From positions 124,001 through 188,000 of IMG/VR virus record IMGVR_UViG_3300042541_001760: a stretch of 64,000 nucleotides of DNA; one strand, written 5' to 3'. A program made the position numbers and the translations under genes. This document shows, piece by piece, positions 41,024 through 52,929 of this stretch (position 1 is the first letter of the stretch; every line of letters starts with the position of its first letter). The notes below the pieces were generated by a model, which saw only the letters and a list, made by a program, of their open reading frames with translations, was not told the origin of the DNA and made no database searches.

Positions 41024-44000
41024 TTTTTGTTCTTAATTAGTTCCTTAATAATTAACAATTCTTGTTCCAAATATTTTACCTTTGAGAAGGTGGCGGCATT
41101 TACTAAAATTGATGTAATGCTAATTAACGATAAAGATATCAATGACATTATCGTTATGTTTTTCCATTTTGCTAGAGTTTGTCCGATTGTTTTCATAGTT
41201 AGTCGTTTAAAGGTATAAAGAACCAAATCTCTTGGGAAACTTTGTCCGATAATATTTGACTATGAAATAGGTCATCAATGTCAAACTTTAGTTTCTTGAA
41301 ACTTGTCTTGGTTGATCTCTCAAAATCATCAATAAACATTTTATACTTATCTTGGGGTATATCAATACCCATATCATATATATGTTTATTTAAATGAACA
41401 TTTATATAATAGATTACCGTTCCATTACTTAAAGTGTAATGGTAAGGAATGACAATGCGGTCAATCCACTCGTACTTGTGTTTTAGAATTATATTCAAGA
41501 GTTTATCTAAATTAGAGTAATCCATATTTGTTATAAATATCTAAGGATTACGTAATTTAGATATTAAATATAATCAATAACAAAACATTCTTCAATCTCC
41601 GCAATCATCGTTCCACTTCCATCGTCAACAAATATAGTTCCATCAATAATATCAGTTCCGATGTATGTTCCCATTTTTTGTTCTTTTTCGTCATATAACG
41701 TGACTCCTATTGGGTTAGGTTGATAATACGCCATATAGGTGTACAAAGGTATTTTATCCATAATTTAATTTTTTATTTACCTAGTAAGTGATATAGGATT
41801 ATAAATTGTATAATCAATACTACAACACCAATACTAGTCCTGACCAACTCCATCCTATTTTTATATGGAACTAATCTTTCCTCAAAACTTTTTATTTTCT
41901 TCATTTCTTTTTATCGGTTCTTTTTTAAATGTATATCCTGATATATCAACATACTTTAATAGTTCCCTATCTCCTTGAATTGATATAATTCCGTTGCCTG
42001 TCTTAATCATCGCGATTTTAAATCCGAATCGGTTTGCCAACCATTTAACCAAGTTAATTTTTATTTTATTCATTTGTTGTCCTCCAAGAATTTTTCAATT
42101 TCTTCTCTTGTTATTTTCATTGGGTCAGAACCTATTTCTTCCACAAATTTATCACGAAGTTCAATTGGGATTTGAATGGTTCTTAAGACCAAAGATACTT
42201 CACCTTCTTTTGAGTTTTTTTCATCTTTTTCAAAAAAGTAAGCCGTCATATGTGTTTGTTTTTCAGGATTTATCCCTACTAAATCAGGTAACTCAACACC
42301 AGATGTGGAATGAACTTCCTCAAAATATCCTCTAACCAAAAGTCCTCTTTCACCTTTGACTTGATAATTTTCAGGGTTATCTAAAATTTTATCAAGTGTT
42401 TCGTGTAATTGTTTTCTTATAATTTTTTCTCCGTTTTTTTCGGCGTCTTCAATCATAGATGGACTACCTAACCCATAAATGTATTGGTCTTGTAAGGCTT
42501 CAGGTGAGAATTCCAATACAATTTTCTTTTTTGGTTCAAATGTCGTTGGGTCATACATAGTCGGTGTAATACAAGCACCATCTAAAACGGGTGTGTGCAT
42601 CATCTTGGGGTCAAACATTTGGGGTGTTAAAGATAATGACAACAAATAACATTTACCTTTAAATTTTTGACCTTCTTTGTGTTTATATGTAACATTATGA
42701 ACAGTTTTACCATCTTCTAATTTGGTTACAGGATATTTCATAATGATTAATTCTTCACATTCTGAGAATTCCTCTGTTTGTAATATTCTTTCTTTATATT
42801 GTTCCAAATCTTCACCATATAGGTATTCAAATGATGATGTAATTTCTGCTACTAATTCTCGTAATTTCATAATTTAATCTAATTCATTTTCATTTATTTC
42901 ATCTTCTCCGAATAAATCTTCTCCTTTATAGTTTGGGTGATTGTTCTTCATGTTATCAATTCCTGTCGCCCAAAAATATCCGATGACCGACGATAACATT
43001 AAACATACTGATAATAAAATAAAACCCTTCATATCTTTTTAATATCCCAATTGTAATGAGAATCTGTATGACCATCTTAACCAAGCAAGTTGTATACCAA
43101 ATGCCGGTGTTCCAACTCCCGTTTCTAAGAAAGTATATTTATCATACCATATACTAATACAAGGTATGATCCAAATCCTCCCTTTAAAAGTAGAGAATTT
43201 ATTTTGACTTATAAACCATTTTTTCATAATTTATTGTTTAATATTTAATACCCAACGCATTATAGCATTCATCTGATGTTGAGCGTTTTGCTCACAAATC
43301 ATTACTTCAATTTGGTGATTTGTTAAGTCAGGCTCATTTTCTATATTACGCATTACGTGTTCAGTATGTTTTAACATCTCATCATACTTTTTTAATATTT
43401 CTTCTTCTGTTCTCATAGTTTAATTTTTTAAACGTCCATTTCATGTTCTTTACATAAACTATATTCCACACAATCAGGGTTTGAGGTATCAACAGGATTT
43501 CCACAATAACATAATTCATTATCACTATCAATCTCAAACCATTGTCCGTTTAATGAATATGCAGTATCTTTTACTTTTTCACGTTCTTCTATACAGTGTT
43601 TACATTCCAAATCTTCCGATGAATGAACACATACCACCCTTTCGTGAAGTGGATTCCATCTAACATATACTTTCATAATTTAATTTTTTCAATTACCCTT
43701 TTGGCTTGTTCAAGATTATGCTGACAATCTTTTTTATATCTTTCTAATCTATCTAATATGTAAACTTGCTCAGGTTTATCTGTAATCAAATTTTCATCTG
43801 TGGTTGGATATTCACTATGGACTGTCCAATAATCTTTATGGATGTAAATTGGGTTTAATTTACTATGTGGCGGTCTAATTAACATAATCGTACCACCATC
43901 CCTAATAGTTGACATACGGTCTATTGACCATAATATACCACCTTCTTTAATGTACTCATTAATATACTCTTTTTTTTCAAAAATATCAACCTCTGGAAAT

Positions 44001-44497
44001 ATAAGTTTGGCTGAGTTAGTTGGAGTGTAATTTGTTTCATCATAACCGGTCGTTACCATTTCAAATTCAATATTTAAACCTTCTTCTAATGGTTTAACCA
44101 TAATCAGATTATCCTTTATGTATCGTATTGAATTTGAGTCAGATGATAACTCGGTATACATCCAATGTGTTCCGTGTCCGAATGAATGTAAATCTGACCA
44201 TTTTACATTCCAAATACCTTGTTCGTCTCTTGTTAATATTCCTTTCATAATTTAATGTGTTCCGTTGGTTAAACTTACTCCGTGTCTAAATCCACTTATA
44301 AAGTCACTTATCTCTTCTTGTGTCATATTTTCAATAACAAAACCAACCGCAATTCCGATCTCATTTCCAATATCTGAGATGTCTCCCTCATCATATGGAA
44401 TTGCCGGTAATTTCATATAAATTTCATTCATTGCTTTTTTAAAATCTATTTGTCGTTCCATAGGTTTAAAATTAATCTTTATATCTGTAATTGCCAA
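41020..44497 (-). CDS. Run of hypothetical genes including 42070-42870 and 43673-44248
   Basis: Co-oriented ORFs with no recognisable motifs. Confidence 0.55.
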
Positions 44498-44511
44498 CTC
44501 TAATTTTAAAT

Positions 44512-45720
44512 TTAATTAGAGAGGGGCGCTTTAATTGTTGGGTGTGATTGATAGTTCTCCAAAATAACATCATTGACTGAACTACAGAATATACCATCTC
44601 TAACGTGTACTGTTGGTAGTGGATATGGTTCTCTTGTTCGTATTGGGACTTTTAACTCATCCAAAAGTAGTGAAGAGATAACCTCCGGTTCATTTAAATC
44701 TTGTGATAATAATGATTTTGCGTCTTTGTTTGTTTCAAATAATTTTTCTATTCTTTCTATGTGAGTTAATTCTCTTCCAATCTGCTCCTTGGCTTGTTCA
44801 ATATGATTCAAATACAAATGTGTATCACCTAAGTTTCCAATCAATTCATCAGGTACCATATTTACTTCATCAGCAATCATCATTAGTAACAATCCATAAG
44901 AAGCAATGTTGAATGGTAAACCTAAGAATGTATCACAACTTCTCATATTAAACATTAAAGATATTGCTCTACGAGGTACCCCTCTTTTATCTAATGTAAT
45001 ATGATGGTCTGGGTATTCACCAATTAAACTATCAAAATGATTATCATACTTCTGTCTTTCTTGAACTGACATTTCTCTTGTATAAACTTGAAAACTATAA
45101 TGACAAGGCGGTAACACTTGATGTGGTAAATCTGCAGGATTCCACGCTGAGACCATTAATCGTCTTGAGTCTGGATTTGTTTTAAGGTCGTTGATTAGAT
45201 TTGCGATTTGGTCTATTGGATTTCTTTCCCAACTCCCCCACTCCGTACCAATACCATTTTCTATTTTTCCTTTCTCTATTGTTAGTATTTTAGGTACATC
45301 CCAACTTCTCCATTGTTTACCATACACGGGCCCGAGTTCCCCAATTCTCCAACCATTTGCGTCTACTCTACTCTCTTCACCGTTCTTTATCATTTCAATA
45401 AATCTTTCTTTGGTTGCGGGTTCTAATCCATCACCAACCCGTTTAAGGTAACCTTGATAAGCATCACCATCCCAAATATGACAATCATTATCAACAAGGT
45501 ATTTGATATTGGTATCACCTCGTAAAAACCATAATAATTCAGTTACCATTGTTTTGAACGCCATTTTCTTAGTAGTCAAGAGTGGAAATCCAGTTTTCAT
45601 ATCGTGACGGATTTGTCTACCAAACACTGAGATTGTTCCGCCATTTCTTGTTTCTTTCTTTACTCCATTATCAAGAATGTCTTGAAGGAGTGATGTGTAT
45701 GTTTTATCTATGTTATTCAT
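44512..45720 (-). CDS. thyA: Thymidylate synthase with insertions
   Basis: FPLLTTKK, ELLWFLRG, LGPVYGKQWR, LPPCH, RSCDTFLGLPFNIASY, GDTHLY.NH, YQSHPTIKAPLS. Confidence 0.97.
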   Translation of the reverse strand: MNNIDKTYTSLLQDILDNGVKKETRNGGTISVFGRQIRHDMKTGFPLLTTKKMAFKTMVTELLWFLRGDTNIKYLVDNDCHIWDGDAYQGYLKRVGDGLEPATKERFIEMIKNGEESRVDANGWRIGELGPVYGKQWRSWDVPKILTIEKGKIENGIGTEWGSWERNPIDQIANLINDLKTNPDSRRLMVSAWNPADLPHQVLPPCHYSFQVYTREMSVQERQKYDNHFDSLIGEYPDHHITLDKRGVPRRAISLMFNMRSCDTFLGLPFNIASYGLLLMMIADEVNMVPDELIGNLGDTHLYLNHIEQAKEQIGRELTHIERIEKLFETNKDAKSLLSQDLNEPEVISSLLLDELKVPIRTREPYPLPTVHVRDGIFCSSVNDVILENYQSHPTIKAPLSN

Positions 45721-46096
45721 AACTTTCTATTATAGTGTCTTTGTATGTTATTGTGATTTGTTTGGTTGGGGTGTTATTATCGTCCAAATTTTTATGTAAT
45801 GTATGGTCTTCATCGATACCAGTAAACATCTTTATGTTCTGAGATACTTCATTATGGTTTGAACCTGCAATAATACTCCTCTCTTCTAAACTCAACTCTC
45901 TTTCCTCAATGGTTAATCCCCACTTTTCAGAGAACTCTGTATCGGTTTTGATTTTGTTGATGAATTCACCTCTAGTTAATATCCCTTCCCCATTTAATAT
46001 AGGCTTACCGCTAACAGATGGTGCCGCATTATCATAAAACCATTTAGTATATTCTTGACCAACCAACTCAATAAGACCTTCTTGTTCTTTACTCAT
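45713..46096 (-). CDS. Hypothetical protein resembling phage ThyA insertion segments
   Basis: EFINKIKTD..F..KWG and RELSLEER motifs. Confidence 0.45.
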   Translation of the reverse strand: MSKEQEGLIELVGQEYTKWFYDNAAPSVSGKPILNGEGILTRGEFINKIKTDTEFSEKWGLTIEERELSLEERSIIAGSNHNEVSQNIKMFTGIDEDHTLHKNLDDNNTPTKQITITYKDTIIESYE

Positions 46097-46816
46097 AACC
46101 TTCTATTTTAGTTCCTCTAATGACATATCTAATTTCGTTCATTACTCCATAATCACCAACAAAGGACGCTAATCTCTCCTCAATAACTTGGTAGATATGG
46201 GTGAAGTTATCATTTATAAAATCCTCCAACTCTTTTTTTATTTGAGAATTATCCGCAAGATTTGAAAAGTTCTCATCTAAATTATGGATTCTTAATAAAG
46301 GTGCTTTTCTAATTCGACATTGGAATGACCGTCCATTGTATTCAAACACAGATTGTTCTACTTTTGTTATATTAATGTTTAATTCATTTAATGGAATGTT
46401 GTAGTTCCACGGGTCATTTCCTTCACCTATTTGAGATGTTTTTTCCTCAATGAATTTATTAAAACCTTCGGGAAATCCTGGTTGATTCCACACGGATTCA
46501 TCACCAAATTTAGTCTTTATTATTTCGCTATTCATAACTTTTTATTAATTTCATTATATCTCTAGTAAGAGAACCCGCAGTTTTAGTTCCGTCAATAGTC
46601 CATCGGATAATAAGATGTTCAATTTCTGAGTAGAGTGTTTCGTTGGATGGTCTAACTTCTTCCCACTCCTTATGTTCGTCATCACCAACTAACTTATAGT
46701 GTTTACCGTCCTTTTCCCAAATACAATCCCAATTTTCTTTTATGTGTGGATTGTCGGGATATGCTCTACCTGATTGGTCAAAATTAAGATTTCCTTTTTT
46801 GATTTCTTTTTCCATA

Positions 46817-47245
46817 TCAATCAATTATTGTTTCTATTGTGTGAGGTACAATCCATCTAACACAATCTTGTGGTAATCGGTGAATGTGTTTATAATTATT
46901 AATGTAACCCATCATATTGGCGGATCCCACGGCATTTGCCGAATGAACCATTACCTTACAAACAGGTGACCCATCTAACCATTTTTCAACTAACCACTTG
47001 GTACAATCCATTCCCGTTTTTTCGGTGATGTTTTCGTAGTTTAAAGTATAGTTGTGATAGACATTTGTATGCCATTCCTTCATCGCCGAATCACCTAAAT
47101 CGTGGTCTAAGGAAATCAATTCAATGTTTTCCAATCCGATTTCGGTAATCTTCTCTACGAACTCATCGTAGTTTCTTACAACAACCCAATCACCTGTTTC
47201 AGGTTTTGGTGTTCTAAGGTCATCTAGGTAAATGCTCTGTCCCAT
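46817..47245 (-). CDS. Cyclic-phosphate-processing receiver-like domain protein
   Basis: IYLDDLRTP...ISLDHDLG...TGMD..KWL...VHSANAVG..NM. Confidence 0.75.
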   Translation of the reverse strand: MGQSIYLDDLRTPKPETGDWVVVRNYDEFVEKITEIGLENIELISLDHDLGDSAMKEWHTNVYHNYTLNYENITEKTGMDCTKWLVEKWLDGSPVCKVMVHSANAVGSANMMGYINNYKHIHRLPQDCVRWIVPHTIETIID

Positions 47246-47497
47246 AATTAATCTACTAAATTTAAATTGTGTGTATTGAGTATGTCTCGTAATTCTTCAC
47301 GGATTTTCTCAGCGAAATCTATCTCTTCACTTGTTGCTTCTTGACCAGGATTGGATAAACTCACTGCGTATTTGGTTACGGTACGTAGTTTTTGGTCTAA
47401 GTCCCACATTGCCATTTTCCATTTCCAACCATCTAAGGCGGTTGCCGCCTCTTGTGATTCTTCAACCGAATCAAATTCCAATATTATCTTTCCCATA

Positions 47498-47761
47498 TTA
47501 ATCTACTTGAATTATTGTTTGGTTTACTGTTGCTTTACCTTGTTTTTGAGAATAATTTATGACTTGTGGTTGTTTGTCCGCACTATCTTTAGGATACATA
47601 ATCCATATACCACTACAACCATCACAAGGTATAACATTCATTAGTTTATAGATTTTACCGTGAATTTCTATAAAATCTATAGGTTGTTGAGTAACTTTAC
47701 CTCTATCTTCACAAGAGATTAATGTTGTAAGTAACCCCATTACTATTAGTATCTTTTTCAT
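47498..47761 (-). CDS. Small lipoprotein
   Basis: Lipobox LISC. Confidence 0.55.
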   Translation of the reverse strand: MKKILIVMGLLTTLISCEDRGKVTQQPIDFIEIHGKIYKLMNVIPCDGCSGIWIMYPKDSADKQPQVINYSQKQGKATVNQTIIQVD

Positions 47762-47762
47762 A

Positions 47763-48054
47763 TTATTGTTTTATAAAAAGTTCGTAAACACTATTTGATG
47801 TTCTGAATTTAATGTAATCCTCTCTCTGTTCAATGATTTCGGTAATCGTGGTAGTCATCCAAGTGTAACTACCTAAGTAAGGATCTAAAATTAATGACCT
47901 TTCTAACTTTGGTTCGTCATGAGATGAATTAAATGTTCCATCTGTTTCCCAATCAATCCTTAGTTAAACCATCACTTTCTCGCACTAGTTTATACTTTTC
48001 CGTATTTACATCCTCAATGGATAATGAAATTATTGGTTGGTTGTCTATCTTCAT
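47763..48054 (-). pseudogene. Frameshifted gene (not in ORF track)
   Basis: MKIDNQ...KYKLVRESDGLTK stops at TGA; after a 1 nt shift near 47960 it continues IDWETDGTF...RSLILDP...YTWMTTTITEIIEQREDYIKFRTSNSVYELF to TAA. Confidence 0.65.
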
Positions 48055-48111
48055 TGTAATAGTTTTTTACAAAGATAAGACAAATTAAGTTAACATACAA
48101 TATTATTAACC

Positions 48112-49125
48112 TTATCTTTTTAACAATTTACCATCAATACCATAATAATATTGAGTTTGTTTATCAATAGGTATTATTGGATATAGATGTGGTACACTTA
48201 AAGGATTATATATTGTTATCACTTCTTGTATTGTCTTGGAACATCCATTTCTTGTTATCGTAAGCTTTAATATAAAAATCCCTGTCTCTGTATACCCGTG
48301 AACAGGATTAACATCGTTATAAAGGATTGGTGTTCCGTCTCCAAAATCCCAAGATATTTCATCATAAGGTTGTGCTGGTACTAAATAAGGGATGATATAT
48401 GGATCTTGTATGGCTAATAAAGTATATGGAACGACTAACTCATCTTCAAATATTGTATTTGATACTCCGAATTGGACTTGTTCAAATATGGTATCATTCA
48501 GGGTTAATAGGTAATCCCCATTCGGTAGATTAAATATTGTGTCCGTATTTGGTGGTAACTCATAGTATGTGGATGGATCATTATAAGGTGTTAGTTCGTA
48601 AGATGATGATGATTCGTCATTGTTAATAATGACATAACCCTCCTCACAACCGCCAACCACATCCACAGTTAAGGGATATTCAAAAAAAACACTAAATCTT
48701 CCATTGGAGACAGGTCCTTGACAAGTGTATGGCATTTGATGGTAACCAGGATTTTGTGTATCTAATAATCTGTATGGGGGTATATCACCGATTATAAAAT
48801 CCTGACCTATAACGAATGTTCCCGTGTCAGGTGAGATAATAATATTTAACGGGATTATCTTATCTTCGGTTAAGTTGGGAAAGCAATTAAAGACGTATGA
48901 AGTGTTTCCTATGGTTGTTGTTATGGAATTTAAATTGGATCCGAATTGTATTGCGTCATAATCCCAATCCAAACCATCGGTACAAGAATCTGAAAAGATT
49001 AATATGGTATTACTTCCATTCCAAACATTTGGTTTATTAATAAAAATTCGTATGTATTTCGCATCTGATTGTCCATAACCAAATAGACAAGTAATAATTA
49101 ATAGTATCGTTAATAAGTTTTTCAT
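48112..49125 (-). CDS. Secreted protein with PKD domain
   Basis: Signal peptide ending GYGQ; WDFGDGT...HGYTETGIF.LKLT. Confidence 0.7.
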   Translation of the reverse strand: MKNLLTILLIITCLFGYGQSDAKYIRIFINKPNVWNGSNTILIFSDSCTDGLDWDYDAIQFGSNLNSITTTIGNTSYVFNCFPNLTEDKIIPLNIIISPDTGTFVIGQDFIIGDIPPYRLLDTQNPGYHQMPYTCQGPVSNGRFSVFFEYPLTVDVVGGCEEGYVIINNDESSSSYELTPYNDPSTYYELPPNTDTIFNLPNGDYLLTLNDTIFEQVQFGVSNTIFEDELVVPYTLLAIQDPYIIPYLVPAQPYDEISWDFGDGTPILYNDVNPVHGYTETGIFILKLTITRNGCSKTIQEVITIYNPLSVPHLYPIIPIDKQTQYYYGIDGKLLKR

Positions 49126-49147
49126 ATAACGATAAATATATGAAAAA

Positions 49148-49603
49148 TTATCTATAAGTCCGCATCAATCTTAAGTATTGGAAGTGAAAATAACTTATTA
49201 ATAACACTGAAACCAACTCAAAATGATAAATTGATAGTATTAGAAGAGGTAATGAACCCAAAATACAATAAGAGACCCATTTGAATCTCTTATCCGTGTA
49301 AATTAAAAATGTACTGTGTGTGAAGAATATAAACGCCGATAAATTATGGATTAAGGCGAAATCGGTACAATTAAAATAGGTAAGTAATAACAGAGTTATT
49401 GATGGGATAATCCACTTTCTGTTTATAGTTACGAAACTAATTGCGATGATGGTAAGTGATACTATAAAAACTAACTTGGCATCGGTGAAGTAATACCTTG
49501 AAAAGGATTTCTCATTAAATCCCCCAATTAAACCTAACAATATTGGCAACAAAAACCCTAATATATTCCCTATTGTACTGAATACTCTCAGGAGGGTTTT
49601 CAT
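49148..49603 (-). CDS. Multi-pass membrane protein
   Basis: About five hydrophobic segments. Confidence 0.55.
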   Translation of the reverse strand: MKTLLRVFSTIGNILGFLLPILLGLIGGFNEKSFSRYYFTDAKLVFIVSLTIIAISFVTINRKWIIPSITLLLLTYFNCTDFALIHNLSAFIFFTHSTFLIYTDKRFKWVSYCILGSLPLLILSIYHFELVSVLLISYFHFQYLRLMRTYR

Positions 49604-49624
49604 CCCTTTAATGTTATTTAAGGT

Positions 49625-49930
49625 TTATTGTCCAATTACCAAATCATCAAAATTTAATTTACCCATTCCTTTGTCACCCTCAACAAACTCATCATAAAAA
49701 TAGGCTTTAACAACGGAAGTAATACTTTGTTCGGCTTGAGCGATTTTACTTTCCATCCAATCGTCCATATCACCATTCTCTTCAAGGCTCTCCCACATTT
49801 TATAAGCCAATGTAGCGATGGTGAATAATTGTTGTTTCGCCATTTTATTTCCATCAGCATCTTCATTAATAGGTTTCAATTTATTAATGATTCTTTGTAG
49901 TTGATCCTCCGTTAATACGATATTTGCCAT
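49625..49930 (-). CDS. Leader-bearing hypothetical protein
   Basis: MANIVLTEDQL; KMAKQQL...DDWMESKIAQA. Confidence 0.6.
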   Translation of the reverse strand: MANIVLTEDQLQRIINKLKPINEDADGNKMAKQQLFTIATLAYKMWESLEENGDMDDWMESKIAQAEQSITSVVKAYFYDEFVEGDKGMGKLNFDDLVIGQ

Positions 49931-49976
49931 AATAGTTTCTTTATTAATAAATAGTCGTGTATGAGTAAAAATATTT

Positions 49977-50414
49977 TTAGATTTTTCTCATCCAAATTAT
50001 CCATTTTTGGTTTCTATTATAGACATTAATAAATTCTTGTTGTAATAGTTCCCCATAATTTATTGGACCTTCACTAACAAATGAATTAACACTACCGACA
50101 AATCTTGGTGTCTGTTTCAATTCAAAATACCACAAGTATCCACTTGGGTAAAACGAATATTCACATTGAATCCCATTATAAAACAGTTCTGAATTATTAA
50201 CAAACATCAATGTATCTGAAACCAATTCAGGTTCGGTGATAAAATTAAGTGATTGGAATTTATATATCACCCAAGTCGTATTAACAAAAGACGGAATATC
50301 GGATGTTGGTGGTTGAGTAATTTGTTTGTATATTGGTGGTTCAATTGGGTCTTTTTCCTGACAAGATGTCATAAGACCCAAAATAAGTGATAAAATAACA
50401 ATTACGTTTTTCAT
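49977..50414 (-). CDS. Putative lipoprotein
   Basis: Lipobox MTSC. Confidence 0.6.
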   Translation of the reverse strand: MKNVIVILSLILGLMTSCQEKDPIEPPIYKQITQPPTSDIPSFVNTTWVIYKFQSLNFITEPELVSDTLMFVNNSELFYNGIQCEYSFYPSGYLWYFELKQTPRFVGSVNSFVSEGPINYGELLQQEFINVYNRNQKWIIWMRKI

Positions 50415-52297
50415 TTAATTTAATGATATTTCAAGTTCCTCAATTAACTTTTTAACCAATTTATTTGAGTTTTTATTCTCAACTTCTTCGGTCATTTCCT
50501 CTTCTTGTGGTCTTTCGTCCGTGAGAGCGAATCTACTTTGACACGCCCAACGAATGCCTCTACCCGGTATGGGATGGTCATTTCCATCACAATGACAAGT
50601 TGTATATTTATCATCAAGAGGTTCTCCTGAATTTCTAATTGATAATCCAACATCGTAAGCCACGGTATCACAACAAGGTGTTCTTATCACATCCAACACT
50701 TTATAGACCTTACCATATACAACACAATGTTCCCTATCGTCAATACACTTAACAAATTCACCGGGTTTTGCATATCTCGGCTCATTACTTTTAATATCTT
50801 CGGTTTTTTTCTCTCCGAACCAATTTTTAAACATACTATTGTGCTTTAATTTTTTCGCAGTTTGAATAAATCTGATTAATCATCTCCTTCTCGTCAGATA
50901 TTAAATCTTTAAGTTTATTTACAATTTCACTAACAATTTCAATTTTTGTTTGCGCATCATCGTAATTGGTGCGAGACATAATTTCAAGTTGAGTCATCTT
51001 GTCATCACAAAACGACAAGGCTTTTTGGATAGGTGTTTCCATATTAGTTACAGGTTAGGATTTTAGAGAAACCTTTAACGAATTCATTTCCAATGAAATA
51101 ATTAACGCAAAGGACTTCTGATTGATGTGATAATTGATTATAAAGATTTTCGGATTTTAGGACATCACCCCTTCGGGAAACATCAAAGTCAAAAAACTCA
51201 GATTCGTCTTTGTCCTTGAATGTACATAGGATTGTGATTTGAGTATTTTTCTCTATCGTTATCATCGTTTAGGTTTTTGGTTATACAAATGTAGTTCTTT
51301 TAAACGACAATCACAAATTTATTGTCTATCAAATGTGGTTTAAAGTTAGCGTCGGAGAATTCATGACAATTACAATTAGCGCAAGAAGCTCCATCACACT
51401 CATTATTAATCTCTCGTATCTGACAGGACATAAAATTCTTTACAATCATATTGAGATGTGTCACAGAGAAAGGATATATTTGATTCTCCTTTACATTATA
51501 AAACCAAGCAATCTGTTCAGGTAAAACATAAACCCTTTTCTGATTGGTATTAAATTTACCTTTGGTCAGTACATGATCTATCTCGGTATTAAACTTAACT
51601 TGGGGTTTCTTATCAAAGTCAATGTAATACTTGTTTTGAGTTATAGGTTCGTTGTCAATCAAGTATGGTGTGACTGGTGTAAGTTTTATTGTATTGTCAT
51701 TCATAAGGGGTTCGGTAACAACTAATACCTCACCCGTTTCATCTATCGCGTATGATCCTTGGGATAACTTATCTCCCTCTATTAATATTAAATTTACTTG
51801 TTTGTTCATTTCCTGTATCTATATGCGAAATTTATCCTTATCATAAGGGTTAAATAAGCAACTACTAATATTATATCTAACATTAAATTATCTTGTTACT
51901 AAGGCTTCAACCTTGCTCTTCATTTGTTCAACCAAGTCGTATTGACCGACTGAGGTAATGATAATTGATTCGCAAAGAAATTTATAGGGAATATTAAATA
52001 AAAAGTCATCTCCGTTGAAGAATGTCATATTATTTTTAAGTTCCAAACATCCGTGAATGGTCTTTAAGAAAATTTTGAACTGTATGCTATCAACGAATAC
52101 TTCGTCAATCAATACACCAAATTTTTCGTGTTCTATTTTGATTCTATGTGTCGTTTTCATCATTTTACAATTTTTCCGTCGTTAAAAATCATTACGTAAA
52201 TTAGGTAGAGACATATACATCCCATCACAACTGCTCTTACAATTTCGCTTGTAGCCATAGTTTATGTCTTTAGTTTTACAAAGATATATAAAATATT

Positions 52298-52732
52298 TTA
52301 ATCCACCAAATTTAATTGTCGGGTAATATCTCTCTCCTTGATTGTGTTGCGTTTATCATACTCTTTCTTACCCTTACAAACAGAAATCTCCATCTTTAAG
52401 AATCCCCTCTCATTTAAGTATAATCTTGTTGGTATGATTGTTACCCCCTTTATAAGTTCTTTCTTTAACTTATCCAACTCTTTGCGTTTGAGTAATAACT
52501 TACGATGTCTTAACGGATCGTGTGAGTATGCGGTGTTGTTACCGGGTATGTTCATCCCAACAACGAATAGTTCATCACCTTGAAACATACAATAACTATC
52601 TACGAGTGATACCTGACCCGCTCTGATTGCCTTTACTTCGGATCCCACCAATTGGATACCCGCATGTTCCTGACGAAGAAAGTGATAATCAAATTTTGCC
52701 TTTTTATTAACAATATTTATTGTCTGTTTCAT
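52298..52732 (-). CDS. smpB: SsrA-binding protein SmpB
   Basis: NKKAKFDY...AGIQLVGSEVKAIR...HDPLRHRKLLL..KEL..L...G.TIIP..LY...KGKKEYDKR..IKERD. Confidence 0.95.
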   Translation of the reverse strand: MKQTINIVNKKAKFDYHFLRQEHAGIQLVGSEVKAIRAGQVSLVDSYCMFQGDELFVVGMNIPGNNTAYSHDPLRHRKLLLKRKELDKLKKELIKGVTIIPTRLYLNERGFLKMEISVCKGKKEYDKRNTIKERDITRQLNLVD

Positions 52733-52929
52733 TCTCCAAATTTACGAAAAATATTTGAAATAAAAAACCCCACCTTACAAAAACTAATCTGATGGCGGGG
52801 TTTAAAGTATAAACCAACTAAATGTGGGGGGTTTGTTGGCTAATATTATGATAAGATAAATATATGATAATTATGTAAAAGTCAACAATAACTCAAATAA
52901 ATTTAATTCTACCTTTGGGGGCTTGTGAT

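Noticed and set aside
44512-45720. Intron or intein in thyA
   Set aside because: The ORF is continuous, and the inserts are short and lack intein C/S...HN termini
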